Part shown: positions 48,112 through 58,593 of the stretch, piece after piece | Numbering within the stretch: the first letter of the stretch is position 1 | Layout of the letters: each line of letters starts with the position of its first letter | Source: a virus | Lineage: Duplodnaviria > Heunggongvirae > Uroviricota > Caudoviricetes | Length of the DNA: 64,000 nt | IMG/VR virus record: IMGVR_UViG_3300015214_000024 | Span: 73,787 to 137,786 of that record | Direction: 5' to 3' (one strand) | Notes under the pieces: generated by a model | What the model was told of the DNA's origin: nothing | The model's input: the letters and a program-made list of their open reading frames with translations, nothing else | Database searches by the model: none | Program-made: the position numbers and the translations under genes

Positions 48112-50880
48112 ATGGCTGATCAACCACAAAATGGTACAACTCAACCCAACTTGCCAGGTTTTGGTGAATCTGCCAGTGAGCCGTGGGCCCTTGAGGAAAC
48201 CTTAAAAAAGGTTTTGAGTACGTTGCAAAAGGACTTGGCACAGGGAACTCGCCAAGGCCGAAGTCTTGACATACTTAATAGAAATATTGATCGCCTCTCC
48301 CAAACAATAAGCGATACGGCTGATGATAGCCAAGATGATCGTCGACGAAATTATGTTAATAACAATTCAACAAAAAAAGCATTAGATGATATCAGAAAAG
48401 CTTCTGACCGAGCAGCTAAAGCTCAGGAAGAATCTACAAGAAATGAAAAACTAAACAAAAATACTGCCCGTGACAACTTGTTGGGTGGTGGAATGCCCGG
48501 AGCAGGCGGTGGCGTCCTTGGCTTCATAGCTAATGCTGCGATGAAAACTGGTAAAGGTTTGCTTGATGCTGGTAAATCTATTATGGAATCGGGCGGTGAT
48601 ATTAGAGATGCTACTGCCGGTGTTGCGGCTGCAATTCCAGGCATTGGTGGCTTACTTAAAGCTGCTTCAAATATGGTTGATAATGCCCGAGCACAATTAG
48701 CAGATCTAGCACAGACTGGGCAAACTGTAAATTACAGTATGATGGGCTTTGCCAATGCAGCAACCCAAGCAGGATTAAGCACTAAACAAGCTGCTGATAT
48801 CATAAAAGCAAGTAGCGAAACGGCTGCAAAATTAGGAACCACCGGATTCCTTGATCTGCAGATGCAAGTTAGAAGAGTAACTGAAAGATTTGGGCGTTTT
48901 GGTTACAGTTTAGACGATCAAGCCAAGATTACTGCTAATTTTTACGAAACCCAAATGAGCTTGGGCCGAAGAGATACAGCTAGAAATTCACAAGCTATTG
49001 CTGACTACACTGCTAAACTTTCAACTCTGTCAAAACTAACTGGTAAATCTGTTGATACGCTATTGGCTGAGCAAAAAGCTATTGCTGATAGTCCAGACGT
49101 TTATGCTGCCGCAACTCGAGTATTTCAACGATCGGGCGAAACTGCGGCTAAGAATTTTGAAAACGTCGTAGCCGAAGCAGCTAACAAATTGCCAGCATCA
49201 TTGCAAGATATGAGCACTCAAATGCTCTCAGATTATGGTAAGTATGGATCAATTGCGTCAAGCCAATTAGGTCAGGCTCTCGTAACTGCCGGTAAAAGTG
49301 ATATAGTAAATCAATTGGACCAAGCTATTGCATCTGGTAACAGCGATGCTTATGCCGCCGTTATGAAACGAGTAGCAGACGAAGCTCAAGACTTTAGAAG
49401 TCCAGTAAGACAGATTTTTTCCGACATTGCATCATCCACTGGACCATTAGCCGATGCTATTAAACCAGTTATTACTGGTATGAAAGATTTGTCAAAGACA
49501 AACGAAGGAATTACTAATTTACCAGGCGAGATTGCTGGAAATATAGCTAATGCTGCTAAGTCAGATACTGCCGCCAAAGATCAAAATGATACACAGGTTC
49601 AAATTGCACTTTCTGGAGCATATGCAGCTACTTTAGCACAAGCACAACAACTCCAACCAGTATTGCAGCAATTGACCATTGAGGCGGCCAATATGACCGC
49701 GGCTTTCCTATCTTCCGAAGTGGTAACACAGGTAGTTAATGAATTTGCTACCTCTATGGTGGATGCCACACAACACGTTTCAGATTTTATTTCTACTTTA
49801 ACGTTATTTGATTCAGTAGGTAGTGGTTTGAGTTATGTGATTGGTAAATTAATGGAATTTGGCGGTTGGTTGGGCAGATTTACTGGCATTGGTGAAGGAT
49901 TAGGTAAAATATTAACTGCCGCTGGCGCTTGGTTTGGTGGTAAAAAATTAGCAGGAAGTCTGCTTGGAATGGGCGGCAGGGCTGCTCGTGGAGCAGCTGG
50001 AGCCGGAGCAGCTGGCGGCGCAGCGCAAGGCGGCTTAATGGCTGGATTAAGAGGATTAGCTGGTGGCGGTATTAGAGGGTTGGCATCAGGCGCTGCTCGC
50101 GGCCTTTTGCGAGGTGGTTTATTGGGTGCGGCTTTTGAAGGATTAGGTTATTTAGGGCCAAATGGTAAAGCTCTTACTGGACGAAATGTTCTCCGATCAG
50201 GTATATCATTACTTGGAGGGGCCGCTGGCGGCGTACTTGGATCTGTTGGCGGACCTGTTGGTACAGTTGCAGGCGGCGCGTTAGGTTACGCAGGGGCAAA
50301 ATATTTGGCTGATAAGCTATTGGGCCCTGATGATATGAAACAGGTCCAAACACAAGTGCAACGTGGTCGAGAAGAGCGAACGCCACCACCACCTAGACCT
50401 ATTGCTCAAGTTCGTGCTCGACCAGATACTACTGAGCGCGATCATTTGAGAAATCAGGAAGAAGTCACACGCAGGATAGCTGAAGTTCAGGCAAAATATC
50501 GAAAAGATAATGAAGAAGCTATGGCGGCTATTAGAAGACGTGTGGAAGCACAAGCAGCTCGTCCACCAGCCCCAATCCAAAATACTGGCCAACCGGCAAG
50601 ACCGACAACTGGTCCTGCGCCAGCATCTATACGTAGACCTGAATCACATAGTCGGCCAATGTCTGTTAATGAAATTAACAAGATGGCTACTACGGCAGCT
50701 CGCTTAGCCAGACCAACCGATACATCACGTGTAGATTTCCCAGTCGGTGATGAAATGCAAAATCGCCAACTTCAAGAAATGCAAACAACTAATAAGTTGT
50801 TAGCTGGTATCTATGTCAATGGTCGACCAGTTGTTAGACCAAAACCGTCAGTGGTCATGTATAATGGCGGCTTGTTTTAA
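48112..50880 (+). CDS. Tape-measure-like protein
   Basis: Ala/Gly-rich helical 922-aa protein with Gly-rich hydrophobic stretches; lies between gp26-like gene and portal. Confidence 0.7.
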   Translation: MADQPQNGTTQPNLPGFGESASEPWALEETLKKVLSTLQKDLAQGTRQGRSLDILNRNIDRLSQTISDTADDSQDDRRRNYVNNNSTKKALDDIRKASDRAAKAQEESTRNEKLNKNTARDNLLGGGMPGAGGGVLGFIANAAMKTGKGLLDAGKSIMESGGDIRDATAGVAAAIPGIGGLLKAASNMVDNARAQLADLAQTGQTVNYSMMGFANAATQAGLSTKQAADIIKASSETAAKLGTTGFLDLQMQVRRVTERFGRFGYSLDDQAKITANFYETQMSLGRRDTARNSQAIADYTAKLSTLSKLTGKSVDTLLAEQKAIADSPDVYAAATRVFQRSGETAAKNFENVVAEAANKLPASLQDMSTQMLSDYGKYGSIASSQLGQALVTAGKSDIVNQLDQAIASGNSDAYAAVMKRVADEAQDFRSPVRQIFSDIASSTGPLADAIKPVITGMKDLSKTNEGITNLPGEIAGNIANAAKSDTAAKDQNDTQVQIALSGAYAATLAQAQQLQPVLQQLTIEAANMTAAFLSSEVVTQVVNEFATSMVDATQHVSDFISTLTLFDSVGSGLSYVIGKLMEFGGWLGRFTGIGEGLGKILTAAGAWFGGKKLAGSLLGMGGRAARGAAGAGAAGGAAQGGLMAGLRGLAGGGIRGLASGAARGLLRGGLLGAAFEGLGYLGPNGKALTGRNVLRSGISLLGGAAGGVLGSVGGPVGTVAGGALGYAGAKYLADKLLGPDDMKQVQTQVQRGREERTPPPPRPIAQVRARPDTTERDHLRNQEEVTRRIAEVQAKYRKDNEEAMAAIRRRVEAQAARPPAPIQNTGQPARPTTGPAPASIRRPESHSRPMSVNEINKMATTAARLARPTDTSRVDFPVGDEMQNRQLQEMQTTNKLLAGIYVNGRPVVRPKPSVVMYNGGLF

Positions 50881-50972
50881 AATATAGACAATTGTGGCCA
50901 TCTCAGTTATAGTTAAAAACTTGATAAAGTAACCATAAATAATCAATAATCACGAATGGTAATATTTACACT

Positions 50973-52700
50973 ATGGCATGGACTAAGCACTTTCAAAAAG
51001 TCAATTACAACCCAGCATATTATGGGCAAGGTCAACAAAATTTCAATGATCATTTAATGATGGATCATTCAAGTGCTCACACCAGCACTTTTGCTTCTTG
51101 GCTTCCAGACATCTATTCAGGACAACCAAATCGTATTGAACGTTATGGTCAATACGATTCAATGGATCTTGATAGTGAAGTTAACAGAGCACTTGATACT
51201 ATTGCTGACAGTTGCACCCAGGAAAATGCAGAAACTGGTATGGCTATTGAGTTGATACTTGACGAGCAAGCAGATTCGGAAGATGCTGTTATATTGAATG
51301 AAATGCTCAGGCAGTGGTATGAATTGAATGAATGGAAAAAAAGAATTTGGGGCGTTTTCCGTAATATGATCAAATATGGCGATCAATTAATGATTAGGGA
51401 TCCTGAATCACTCAAGTTGACTTGGGTGCAACCATCAGATGTTGATTCTATTATTGTTGATGAAGCTAAGGGCCGCGAGCCAGATTCATACTTGATTAAA
51501 AATTTATCAATTAATTTCCAAACATTAGTTGCAACTGATCCGTTGATTCAAAATAGTCCAAATACAATCGGAATGGCACCAAATATTCAAAATCGCTTCC
51601 CAGCATATAGTACGCCTGCTTTGGCAAATCCATTGCTTGGCCCTGGATCAGGAGGCAACGAAGGTGCATATCAAGTCAATGCTACACACGTAGTTCATTT
51701 TACATTGAGTCAAGGCACGGAAGCGTCTTGGCCATTTGGTGTTAGCGTTTTGGAAAACGTTTTTAAAGTGTATAAGCAGAAAGAACTTTTGGAAGAATCT
51801 GTTTTGATTTACCGAGTTCAGCGAGCACCAGAGCGACGAATATTTAAAATTCACACTGGTAAATTACCTCCACACAAGGCCGCGGCATTTCTTGAACGAA
51901 CAAAGAATGAAATTCAACAAAAGCGTATTCCAAATCGTGCAGGTGGAACCTCTGTTGTTGATGCTACATACAACCCAATGTCAATGCTAGAAGATTATTT
52001 CTTCGCTGTTGGTGAAGATGGTAAAGGATCAAGTGTGGAAACACTTGACGGTGGCCAACAATTGGGTGAAATTGATGACTTGAAATACTTTAACCACAAA
52101 TTTCGTATCGGACTTCGTGTTCCACGATCATATATGCCAGATTTTAATGATGGTGGTGGTGCAGTATTCAATGATGGCCGTGTTGGTACTGCCTATTTTG
52201 AAGAATATAGCTTTTCACGTTATTGCGAGAGACTTCAAAATATGTTTTCAGATCCAATGGATTTGGAATTTAAGATGTTTTGTAGAGCCCGCGGTGTCAA
52301 TATTCACGCCAGCTTGTTCAGTATTAGACTTGTTAAACCGCAAAATTTCTCCAAATATCGTCAAATTGAGCTTGATAATGCATTGATTGGATCATTTTCA
52401 AATATTAAAGATACTCGATTCATTAGTAAGAGAATGATGCTCATTAAATATTTAGGCTGGGACAATGATGACGTCCTATTAAATGAAAAATGGTTTGCTG
52501 AAGAAAATAGTAAAGGAACTACTGGTATGCCTGAACAAGGTGGCGGTGGTGGATCACTAAATAGTGGTGGTGAGCCACCTCTTGATTTAGAACCAGAAGT
52601 TGAACCATTGCCAGGTGAAGAAGGCGGTGAAGAAGCACCTGCTCCTGAAGAAGGCGGCGCTGCTCCTGAAGAAGGCGGTGAAGAGTCCGGCTTAATTTAA
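50973..52700 (+). CDS. 20: Portal protein (gp20-like)
   Basis: LIYRVQRAPERRIFKI, SMLEDYFF, VETLDGGQQLGEIDDLKYF. Confidence 0.95.
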   Translation: MAWTKHFQKVNYNPAYYGQGQQNFNDHLMMDHSSAHTSTFASWLPDIYSGQPNRIERYGQYDSMDLDSEVNRALDTIADSCTQENAETGMAIELILDEQADSEDAVILNEMLRQWYELNEWKKRIWGVFRNMIKYGDQLMIRDPESLKLTWVQPSDVDSIIVDEAKGREPDSYLIKNLSINFQTLVATDPLIQNSPNTIGMAPNIQNRFPAYSTPALANPLLGPGSGGNEGAYQVNATHVVHFTLSQGTEASWPFGVSVLENVFKVYKQKELLEESVLIYRVQRAPERRIFKIHTGKLPPHKAAAFLERTKNEIQQKRIPNRAGGTSVVDATYNPMSMLEDYFFAVGEDGKGSSVETLDGGQQLGEIDDLKYFNHKFRIGLRVPRSYMPDFNDGGGAVFNDGRVGTAYFEEYSFSRYCERLQNMFSDPMDLEFKMFCRARGVNIHASLFSIRLVKPQNFSKYRQIELDNALIGSFSNIKDTRFISKRMMLIKYLGWDNDDVLLNEKWFAEENSKGTTGMPEQGGGGGSLNSGGEPPLDLEPEVEPLPGEEGGEEAPAPEEGGAAPEEGGEESGLI

Positions 52701-52710
52701 GGATATTGGA

Positions 52711-52971
52711 ATGATTTTACGAGATCTTTTTGAAGCAGATGGTTCTGATAAAAGCAATAATGAAACACCAGATATGACTGTAGCAGGATATCAAGATCCT
52801 GCTCAGGACACGTTTGGATCCGTGCACGGAACTAATACCCACACGCCAAAATTATCATTAAAAGTTATCAACAATATGAAAAAAATAATGCAGGCTAAGA
52901 ACGCTGAATCTGAAAGAAGAAAAGAGCTTATGGCCATTATGTATGCTGCTCCACCATCCGAAGAAGGCTGA
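52711..52971 (+). CDS. Small head / prohead protein
   Basis: Lies between portal and core genes; N-terminus MILRDLFE. Confidence 0.6.
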   Translation: MILRDLFEADGSDKSNNETPDMTVAGYQDPAQDTFGSVHGTNTHTPKLSLKVINNMKKIMQAKNAESERRKELMAIMYAAPPSEEG

Positions 52972-53067
52972 TCCTTAGCTTAATCCTACATTTTTCTATC
53001 CATTCTATTAAATACCATATAATTGTATTGCGCGCAATCGCGCATCCCAAATATGGAGAAAGTAGAA

Positions 53068-54003
53068 ATGTCAAAAAGACAATTCCTTGAAGATATGGTC
53101 AATTCAATCATGGAAAACAAGATTGAAGATGCCCGCGAAAAATTCCACCAATTTGTTGTTGAATCTGCTCGCGAAATCCACGCATCATTAATTGAAACTG
53201 ATGAACTCGAAGACGATATTGACGACACTATGGAAGAATCATTTGAAGAAGTGGTTGAAACTGATAGTGACGAAGATACTGACTTTGGTGCTGACGTTGG
53301 CGTTGGTGGTGAAGATCTAAGCGATATGGGTGACGACGTAGATCCAGATATGGATGGTGATAACGACTCAGAAGAAGACCACGTTGAAGTTGAAGTAAAT
53401 GAACTTGACCAAGTTAAAGCTATGCTTGCAGACCTTCAAGCTAAGTTTGCTGAAATCACTGGCGAAGGTGAACCTGAAGAAGCAGGTGACGATTTCGGTG
53501 GCGAAGGCGAAGAAGTTGATATGGGTGATGAAGGTGAAGTTGAAGAAAGCGTTTTTGAAGCCGACGATATGGAAGGTGACAAGGACGAAGACGGAGATGA
53601 AGATTCTGACGACACTATGGAAGAATCAACCGATTTCGACTTAACTGAAGAAGATCTACTTGGTCTTGAAGAAGGTTGGTCAGAAGTTAAAGTCTCAATG
53701 GATGGCGGTGAACTTGATGGAAAGTTTGCAACTCCAGAAAAGACTGTCAAGACTCCAGTAGCTGACAAAGAAGAAAAAGAAGTAGACGCCAAAGATATGG
53801 TTTCAAAGCAAGATGCCCACAAAGGTTACGAGCGTGAAAAATCACCAGCAGTTGCACCTGCAAAGACCCACGCAACTAACATTATGACATCTGGTAAGAA
53901 AGCTTGGTCAGAAGAACATCCAAAAATGGACGGACAAGAACAAGGTGGCGGTAAATTCGCAACCCCAGAAAAGTCAAAGACAACACCAGTTGCTAAGAAG
54001 TAA
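53068..54003 (+). CDS. Highly acidic prohead core protein
   Basis: ORF 53023..54003; GGAG RBS before ATG 53068; D/E-rich; T4 gp67/68 position. Confidence 0.7.
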   Translation: MSKRQFLEDMVNSIMENKIEDAREKFHQFVVESAREIHASLIETDELEDDIDDTMEESFEEVVETDSDEDTDFGADVGVGGEDLSDMGDDVDPDMDGDNDSEEDHVEVEVNELDQVKAMLADLQAKFAEITGEGEPEEAGDDFGGEGEEVDMGDEGEVEESVFEADDMEGDKDEDGDEDSDDTMEESTDFDLTEEDLLGLEEGWSEVKVSMDGGELDGKFATPEKTVKTPVADKEEKEVDAKDMVSKQDAHKGYEREKSPAVAPAKTHATNIMTSGKKAWSEEHPKMDGQEQGGGKFATPEKSKTTPVAKK

Positions 54004-54027
54004 TCCTTATAAGAGGTAAAGAAGCAG

Positions 54028-54636
54028 ATGTTACTAAATGAACATATGACATTTGGCCAAGCTGGTATCATTCGCGAGTCGGATGATAATAAGAATCTTT
54101 ACCTCAAGGGTTGTTTCATCCAAGGTGATGTAAGAAACCAGAATGGTCGCATTTATCCATTAAAGGAAATTTCGTCAGCTGTTGAAAAAATGACTGACAA
54201 AATTAAAAAAGGTTTCCCAATTTTGGGAGAATGCGATCATCCATCCGAATTAACTATTTCGTTAAAAAACGTTTCACACGTTATTACTGAGATACGTTTA
54301 GATGGTGCAGACGGTGTTGGTAAGATGAAAATTCTTGACACTGAATATGGTAGACTTGCTAAAACGTTGGTTGAGGCCGGAATTCCTTTAGGAGTTAGCT
54401 CAAGAGGTTCCGGTAATGTTGATGATCGTGGTTATGTTTCAGATTTTGAAATTGTAACCATTGATTTAGTTGCCACCCCATCAGCACCAGACGCATATCC
54501 AAGAGCAATATATGAAGCACTTGGCTTTAAGCACGGTGGTGATAAGATTCAAACTTTAGCAGAAGCTGTCAGACACGATCCGAAAGCTCAAAAATATCTT
54601 TCAAAAGGTATAGTTGAGTGGTTTAAAAGCCTTTAA
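54028..54636 (+). CDS. 21: Prohead protease (gp21-like)
   Basis: NQNGRIYP, LGECDHP, GVSSRGSG, DLVATPSAPDAY. Confidence 0.95.
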   Translation: MLLNEHMTFGQAGIIRESDDNKNLYLKGCFIQGDVRNQNGRIYPLKEISSAVEKMTDKIKKGFPILGECDHPSELTISLKNVSHVITEIRLDGADGVGKMKILDTEYGRLAKTLVEAGIPLGVSSRGSGNVDDRGYVSDFEIVTIDLVATPSAPDAYPRAIYEALGFKHGGDKIQTLAEAVRHDPKAQKYLSKGIVEWFKSL

Positions 54637-54651
54637 TTTCAAATATTAGAT

Positions 54652-54682
54652 AAGGCGCAAGATATAACTCTTGCGCCTTTTC
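54652..54682 (+). terminator. Intrinsic terminator
   Basis: AAGGCGCAAGA-TATAAC-TCTTGCGCCTT followed by T residues. Confidence 0.8.
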
Positions 54683-54857
54683 TTATCAAAATACCATTAA
54701 TTCACTAGAATAATCCACCCACAAAATAAATAACCAGTAGTTTAATACGGTGTTACTGTATTAAAAAATAATTTTGCCAATTAATTTTGGTGAAAAAAAC
54801 CTCTTAAAAGGAGGCTTAGGTTAGATCATTCTAACATAACCCTTAGGAGAAAATAAA

Positions 54858-56060
54858 ATGAATGACATTCTAAAACCATTGCTTGAAAGCGATCTCTTGT
54901 CTGAAGACGTTAAGGTTCAGATTTCAGAAGCATTCGAAGCTAAGATTGCAGAAGTCCGCGACGAAGTTGAAACCCAACTTCGTGAGGAAATGGCAAACCG
55001 CTTTGAGCACGATCGTGAAGCATTAATTAATGCAGTTTCACAAATGGTTGAGGAAGCATTGCAAGTTGAATTGGAAGAATTCCAAGCTGATCGTCAAGCT
55101 GTTGTTGAAGATCGTGTGCGTTTGGCAAATCAAATTACCGAAAATGCACAACAAAGCAAGGATGAAATGGTAAAGCGTCTTGAAGTTATGGAAAGCTTCA
55201 TCCTCAACGTTCTCAAAGAAGAAATCGTTGAGTTTGAATCAGACCGTAAGAGTTTGAAAGAAGCTAAAGCTGAATATGAAACTTCACTCGCAGAGCAGAC
55301 TCAAGCATCAGAAGCTAAGTTAGCTAATACTATTGAAGCATTGACACAGTTTGTAACTGAAAATCTACATACTGAGTTGAAAGAGTTTAAGAAAGAGCGT
55401 CAGGGTCTTGTCGAACAGCGCGAAAAGCTCGTTAAGGAAGGTAAGATCAAGCTTGAAGAAGCACGTCGTGATTTGATTAACCGTACAGCAACAATAGTTG
55501 AAGAACAAACAAATGCCTGGATGAAGGACGAAATGGTTCAACTTCATGAAGATATCGTCGAAAGCCGTAAAAATGCATTTGGTAAGAAAATTTTCGAACA
55601 ATTTGAAGCAGAATTTGCTTCACTATTCTTCTCGAAGAACAGTGTTGTTCGTGATCTCCGAGCACAGCTCGAAGAAGCTAAAGCAGAAGCAGCAAACGCA
55701 TCTACACTTCTTGAATCAGCGCAAGTTGAAGCTAAAGAAGCTAAGAAGCGTCAAATGATTGCAGAAAGCACAGCGAAACGTTCTGCTACTTTGAATGAAT
55801 TGCTTGGTAAGTTGAATGGTAAGGCAAGAGAAAATATGGCCCATCTTCTTGAAGGTGTTGCTACTGAAAATCTCAACAGTGCCTTCTCAAAATATTTGCC
55901 ATCTATCACCTCAACAGTTAGCAAGCAACCAACTCGTTTAGTTGAAAGCAAGAAAGTAGAAGTTAGTGGAAATAGAAAGCCACAAATTATACAAGAATCT
56001 GTTGAAACTGACCAAGAAGATGTCGATTTGGGCGAAATCAAGCGCCTTGCCGGCATTTAA
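54858..56060 (+). CDS. 22: Prohead scaffolding protein (gp22-like)
   Basis: Glu-rich coiled coil directly upstream of the MCP; AGGAG RBS. Confidence 0.85.
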   Translation: MNDILKPLLESDLLSEDVKVQISEAFEAKIAEVRDEVETQLREEMANRFEHDREALINAVSQMVEEALQVELEEFQADRQAVVEDRVRLANQITENAQQSKDEMVKRLEVMESFILNVLKEEIVEFESDRKSLKEAKAEYETSLAEQTQASEAKLANTIEALTQFVTENLHTELKEFKKERQGLVEQREKLVKEGKIKLEEARRDLINRTATIVEEQTNAWMKDEMVQLHEDIVESRKNAFGKKIFEQFEAEFASLFFSKNSVVRDLRAQLEEAKAEAANASTLLESAQVEAKEAKKRQMIAESTAKRSATLNELLGKLNGKARENMAHLLEGVATENLNSAFSKYLPSITSTVSKQPTRLVESKKVEVSGNRKPQIIQESVETDQEDVDLGEIKRLAGI

Positions 56061-56108
56061 ACATAAATATTAACATAAAAGAGCTTTACAAAAGGAGAGC
56101 TATAGAAA

Positions 56109-57308
56109 ATGTCTAAACTCTTTGAATCCAAATGGCAGCAAACCAAAGAGACCCTTCTTGAAGGTCTCGAAGGTCAACGCCGCAATACTATGGGTGTAGT
56201 CCTCGACAACACACGCAACAGCCTTGGCGCTGGCCGTGGTTTCTTGGCAGAATCCGCAACACCAGGTGCAACATCAGCAGGTAACGTAGCAACCCTTAAT
56301 AAGGTTATCCTCCCAGTTATCCGCCGTGTTATGCCAACCGTTATCGCTAACGAATTGATTGGCGTTCAGCCAATGACTGGCCCAGTTGGTCAGATCCACA
56401 CTTTGCGCGTTCGTTACGCTGATACTTTCGGTTCACCAACCGCAGTTACCGCTGGTACTGAAGCCCTCGGTCCATTCGAAATGGCTAAGTTCTACTCAGG
56501 TAACGGTGATAGTGCAAGCCCAGCAGCAGCTGATACTTCAACTCTTGAAGGTTTGCCAGGTAACCGTATCCAAGTTCAAGTCCTTCGTGAAACCGTCGAA
56601 GCTAAGACCCGCAAGCTATCAGCTCGCTGGACCCCAGAAGCTTCACAAGACGCAATGGCACAACAAGGCATTGATCTTGAAACTGAAATCACCGCTGCTT
56701 TGGCACAGGAAATCACCGCAGAAATCGACCAAACAATTTTGGCTAACCTCCGCGCTCTTCCAGGTGCTCCAGCCGTAACTTACGATCAGAACCTCGTTTC
56801 TGGTACTGCAACTTACGTTGGTGACGAACACGCTGCACTTGCAACCTTAATTATGCACCGCGCTAACGTTATCGCTCAGCGTACACGTCGTGGCGTTGGT
56901 AACTGGGTTGTTGTTTCCCCAACTGCTTTGACTGTATTGCAGTCAGCTTCAACTTCAGCTTTCGCTCGTACCACTGAAGGTACATTCCAAGGCCCAACAA
57001 ACACCAAGTTTGTCGGCGTTTTGAACAGCAGCATGAAAGTTTATGTTGACCAGTTTGCTAACGACACAACTCCAGTTCTCGTCGGTTACAAGGGCGAAGG
57101 TACAGAAGTTGACGCAGCAGCATATTACTGCCCATACATTCCATTGATGAGCTCAGGTATCCTAACAGATCCTAACACACTTGAACAAGTTGTTGGTTTC
57201 ACCACACGTTATGGTTACTTGGCACTCACCAACAGCGCAAGCAGCTTCGGTAACGCAGCTGACTACTTGGGCTTGATCGGTATGTCAGCAAATACCCGTT
57301 TCTTCTAA
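56109..57308 (+). CDS. 23: Major capsid protein (gp23-like)
   Basis: IRRVMP..IA..LIGVQPMTGP, KTRKLSARWT, EITAEID, GYKG..DAAAYYCPY, GFTTRYG; high-expression codon bias. Confidence 0.97.
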   Translation: MSKLFESKWQQTKETLLEGLEGQRRNTMGVVLDNTRNSLGAGRGFLAESATPGATSAGNVATLNKVILPVIRRVMPTVIANELIGVQPMTGPVGQIHTLRVRYADTFGSPTAVTAGTEALGPFEMAKFYSGNGDSASPAAADTSTLEGLPGNRIQVQVLRETVEAKTRKLSARWTPEASQDAMAQQGIDLETEITAALAQEITAEIDQTILANLRALPGAPAVTYDQNLVSGTATYVGDEHAALATLIMHRANVIAQRTRRGVGNWVVVSPTALTVLQSASTSAFARTTEGTFQGPTNTKFVGVLNSSMKVYVDQFANDTTPVLVGYKGEGTEVDAAAYYCPYIPLMSSGILTDPNTLEQVVGFTTRYGYLALTNSASSFGNAADYLGLIGMSANTRFF

Positions 57309-57334
57309 GTTTTACTTAAAAAGATACAAGATTG

Positions 57335-57361
57335 GGGCGGATCGAAAGGTCCGCCCTTTTT
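57335..57361 (+). terminator. Intrinsic terminator after MCP
   Basis: GGGCGGATC-GAAA-GGTCCGCCC followed by TTTTT. Confidence 0.9.
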
Positions 57362-57425
57362 CTATGGATCGGTGATTGACATACAAATTGGTTATGTTAT
57401 GTTGTCCACACGATATGGAGTAGAT

Positions 57426-57554
57426 ATGAAAAAATATCTGAAAAAAATTGCAGCTATTGGCATAATACTTTATATGGCACAAGCTATGGTTGGTATATAT
57501 TACGGCATTCAGCTTGGAATATATGTCTCTCAAGAACTTCAAGAAAGGAAATAA
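57426..57554 (+). CDS. Small single-pass membrane protein
   Basis: GGAG RBS; MKKYLKK followed by a hydrophobic segment. Confidence 0.6.
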   Translation: MKKYLKKIAAIGIILYMAQAMVGIYYGIQLGIYVSQELQERK

Positions 57555-57555
57555 C

Positions 57556-57927
57556 GTGGCTCTCAACGAAGAACAGCTTGATACGCATTCGGTACCTAAA
57601 GGCTTTGGGCTATATGCATATCTGGATGCTGAAGCCCGCAGTAAGTCTGCTCTTATTAATCGTCCAGATAAGTTTGATTCTAATCACCTTGCAAAGGTCG
57701 CTCAGTTGGAGGCTATTGTTAGAAAGTTTTTCTCTAAGAGTAAGAAAATTTACATTACCCATCGTGAAGATGGTCTTTTCACTGTTGTGAAGGTTGATGA
57801 CGTAATTTTCCCTAATTGGCTCAAACGAGAAGAAAAAGATCAATTTGAGATTGATATTCAAACTATTGGGGCTATTCCTCGCAATCATAAGAACACGGCT
57901 GCCCGTTCTTACAAAATTAAATGCTAA
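57556..57927 (+). CDS. Hypothetical protein
   Basis: ORF 57490..57927; GTG 57556 follows AAGGA. Confidence 0.6.
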   Translation: MALNEEQLDTHSVPKGFGLYAYLDAEARSKSALINRPDKFDSNHLAKVAQLEAIVRKFFSKSKKIYITHREDGLFTVVKVDDVIFPNWLKREEKDQFEIDIQTIGAIPRNHKNTAARSYKIKC

Positions 57928-57937
57928 AGGGATAACT

Positions 57938-58102
57938 ATGTTTACTATTGGTAATGTGGTCCGTCTCAAGCGTAGTATTGGTCCAAATATGACTGTTGAC
58001 TATGCTGACGAAAATGTGGTAATATGTATATGGTTCAATACACGAAACGAGTTGCAAGAAGAACGGTTTCGTCCTGAACTTTTAGAGTTAGTAAGGGAGT
58101 AA
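57938..58102 (+). CDS. YodC / DUF2158-family protein
   Basis: FTIGNVVRLK..GPNMTV...VICIWF...EERF. Confidence 0.75.
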   Translation: MFTIGNVVRLKRSIGPNMTVDYADENVVICIWFNTRNELQEERFRPELLELVRE

Positions 58103-58106
58103 GTGA

Positions 58107-58571
58107 ATGACTATTTTTGATAAAGTGAAGGCAAAAAATATTGAACTTAGGAAGGCTCGAGATCCTCTAGCTTCCGTTCTTGGCAGTGCTATTAATCTTG
58201 CCCAGCTTAATGCCAAGGAACGAGCACTCAAGACGAAAACTGATATTAATGTTAGTGATGAGGATATCATTTCTGCTCTTCGTAAGATGATTAAGCAGTG
58301 TGATGATATGATTTCTGTGGCTCCTGAGACTTCAGAACAATATCAGAACGCAACAAATGAAAAACAATTACTTGTTAGTGTTCTCCCTCAAGAAACATCA
58401 ATTCAAGATATTAAGGAAGCTATTGTTACCTTGATGGCTGGTGAAGATGATTTTTCAATGAAGCATATGGGACGAATTATGACCCATTTGAACGAAAAAT
58501 TTGGTACTGCGCTTAATAAAGCTACAGCTTCACAAGAAGTTAAAAAGTATCTCTCAACTATGAACCAATAA
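58107..58571 (+). CDS. GatB/YqeY-domain protein
   Basis: DEDIISALRKMIKQ...E...L...LPQ...MKHMGRIM. Confidence 0.8.
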   Translation: MTIFDKVKAKNIELRKARDPLASVLGSAINLAQLNAKERALKTKTDINVSDEDIISALRKMIKQCDDMISVAPETSEQYQNATNEKQLLVSVLPQETSIQDIKEAIVTLMAGEDDFSMKHMGRIMTHLNEKFGTALNKATASQEVKKYLSTMNQ

Positions 58572-58593
58572 AAAAGGGGCTCGCGCCCCTTTT
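58570..58593. terminator. Bidirectional terminator
   Basis: AAAAAAGGGGC-TCGC-GCCCCTTTT between convergent genes. Confidence 0.85.

Noticed and set aside
52617-52685. GAAGAAGGCGG repeats at the portal 3' end
   Set aside because: Explained by a low-complexity acidic EEGG tail.
53436-53822. Ser-rich - strand ORF
   Set aside because: Mirror of GAA/GAT-rich codons of the acidic core gene.
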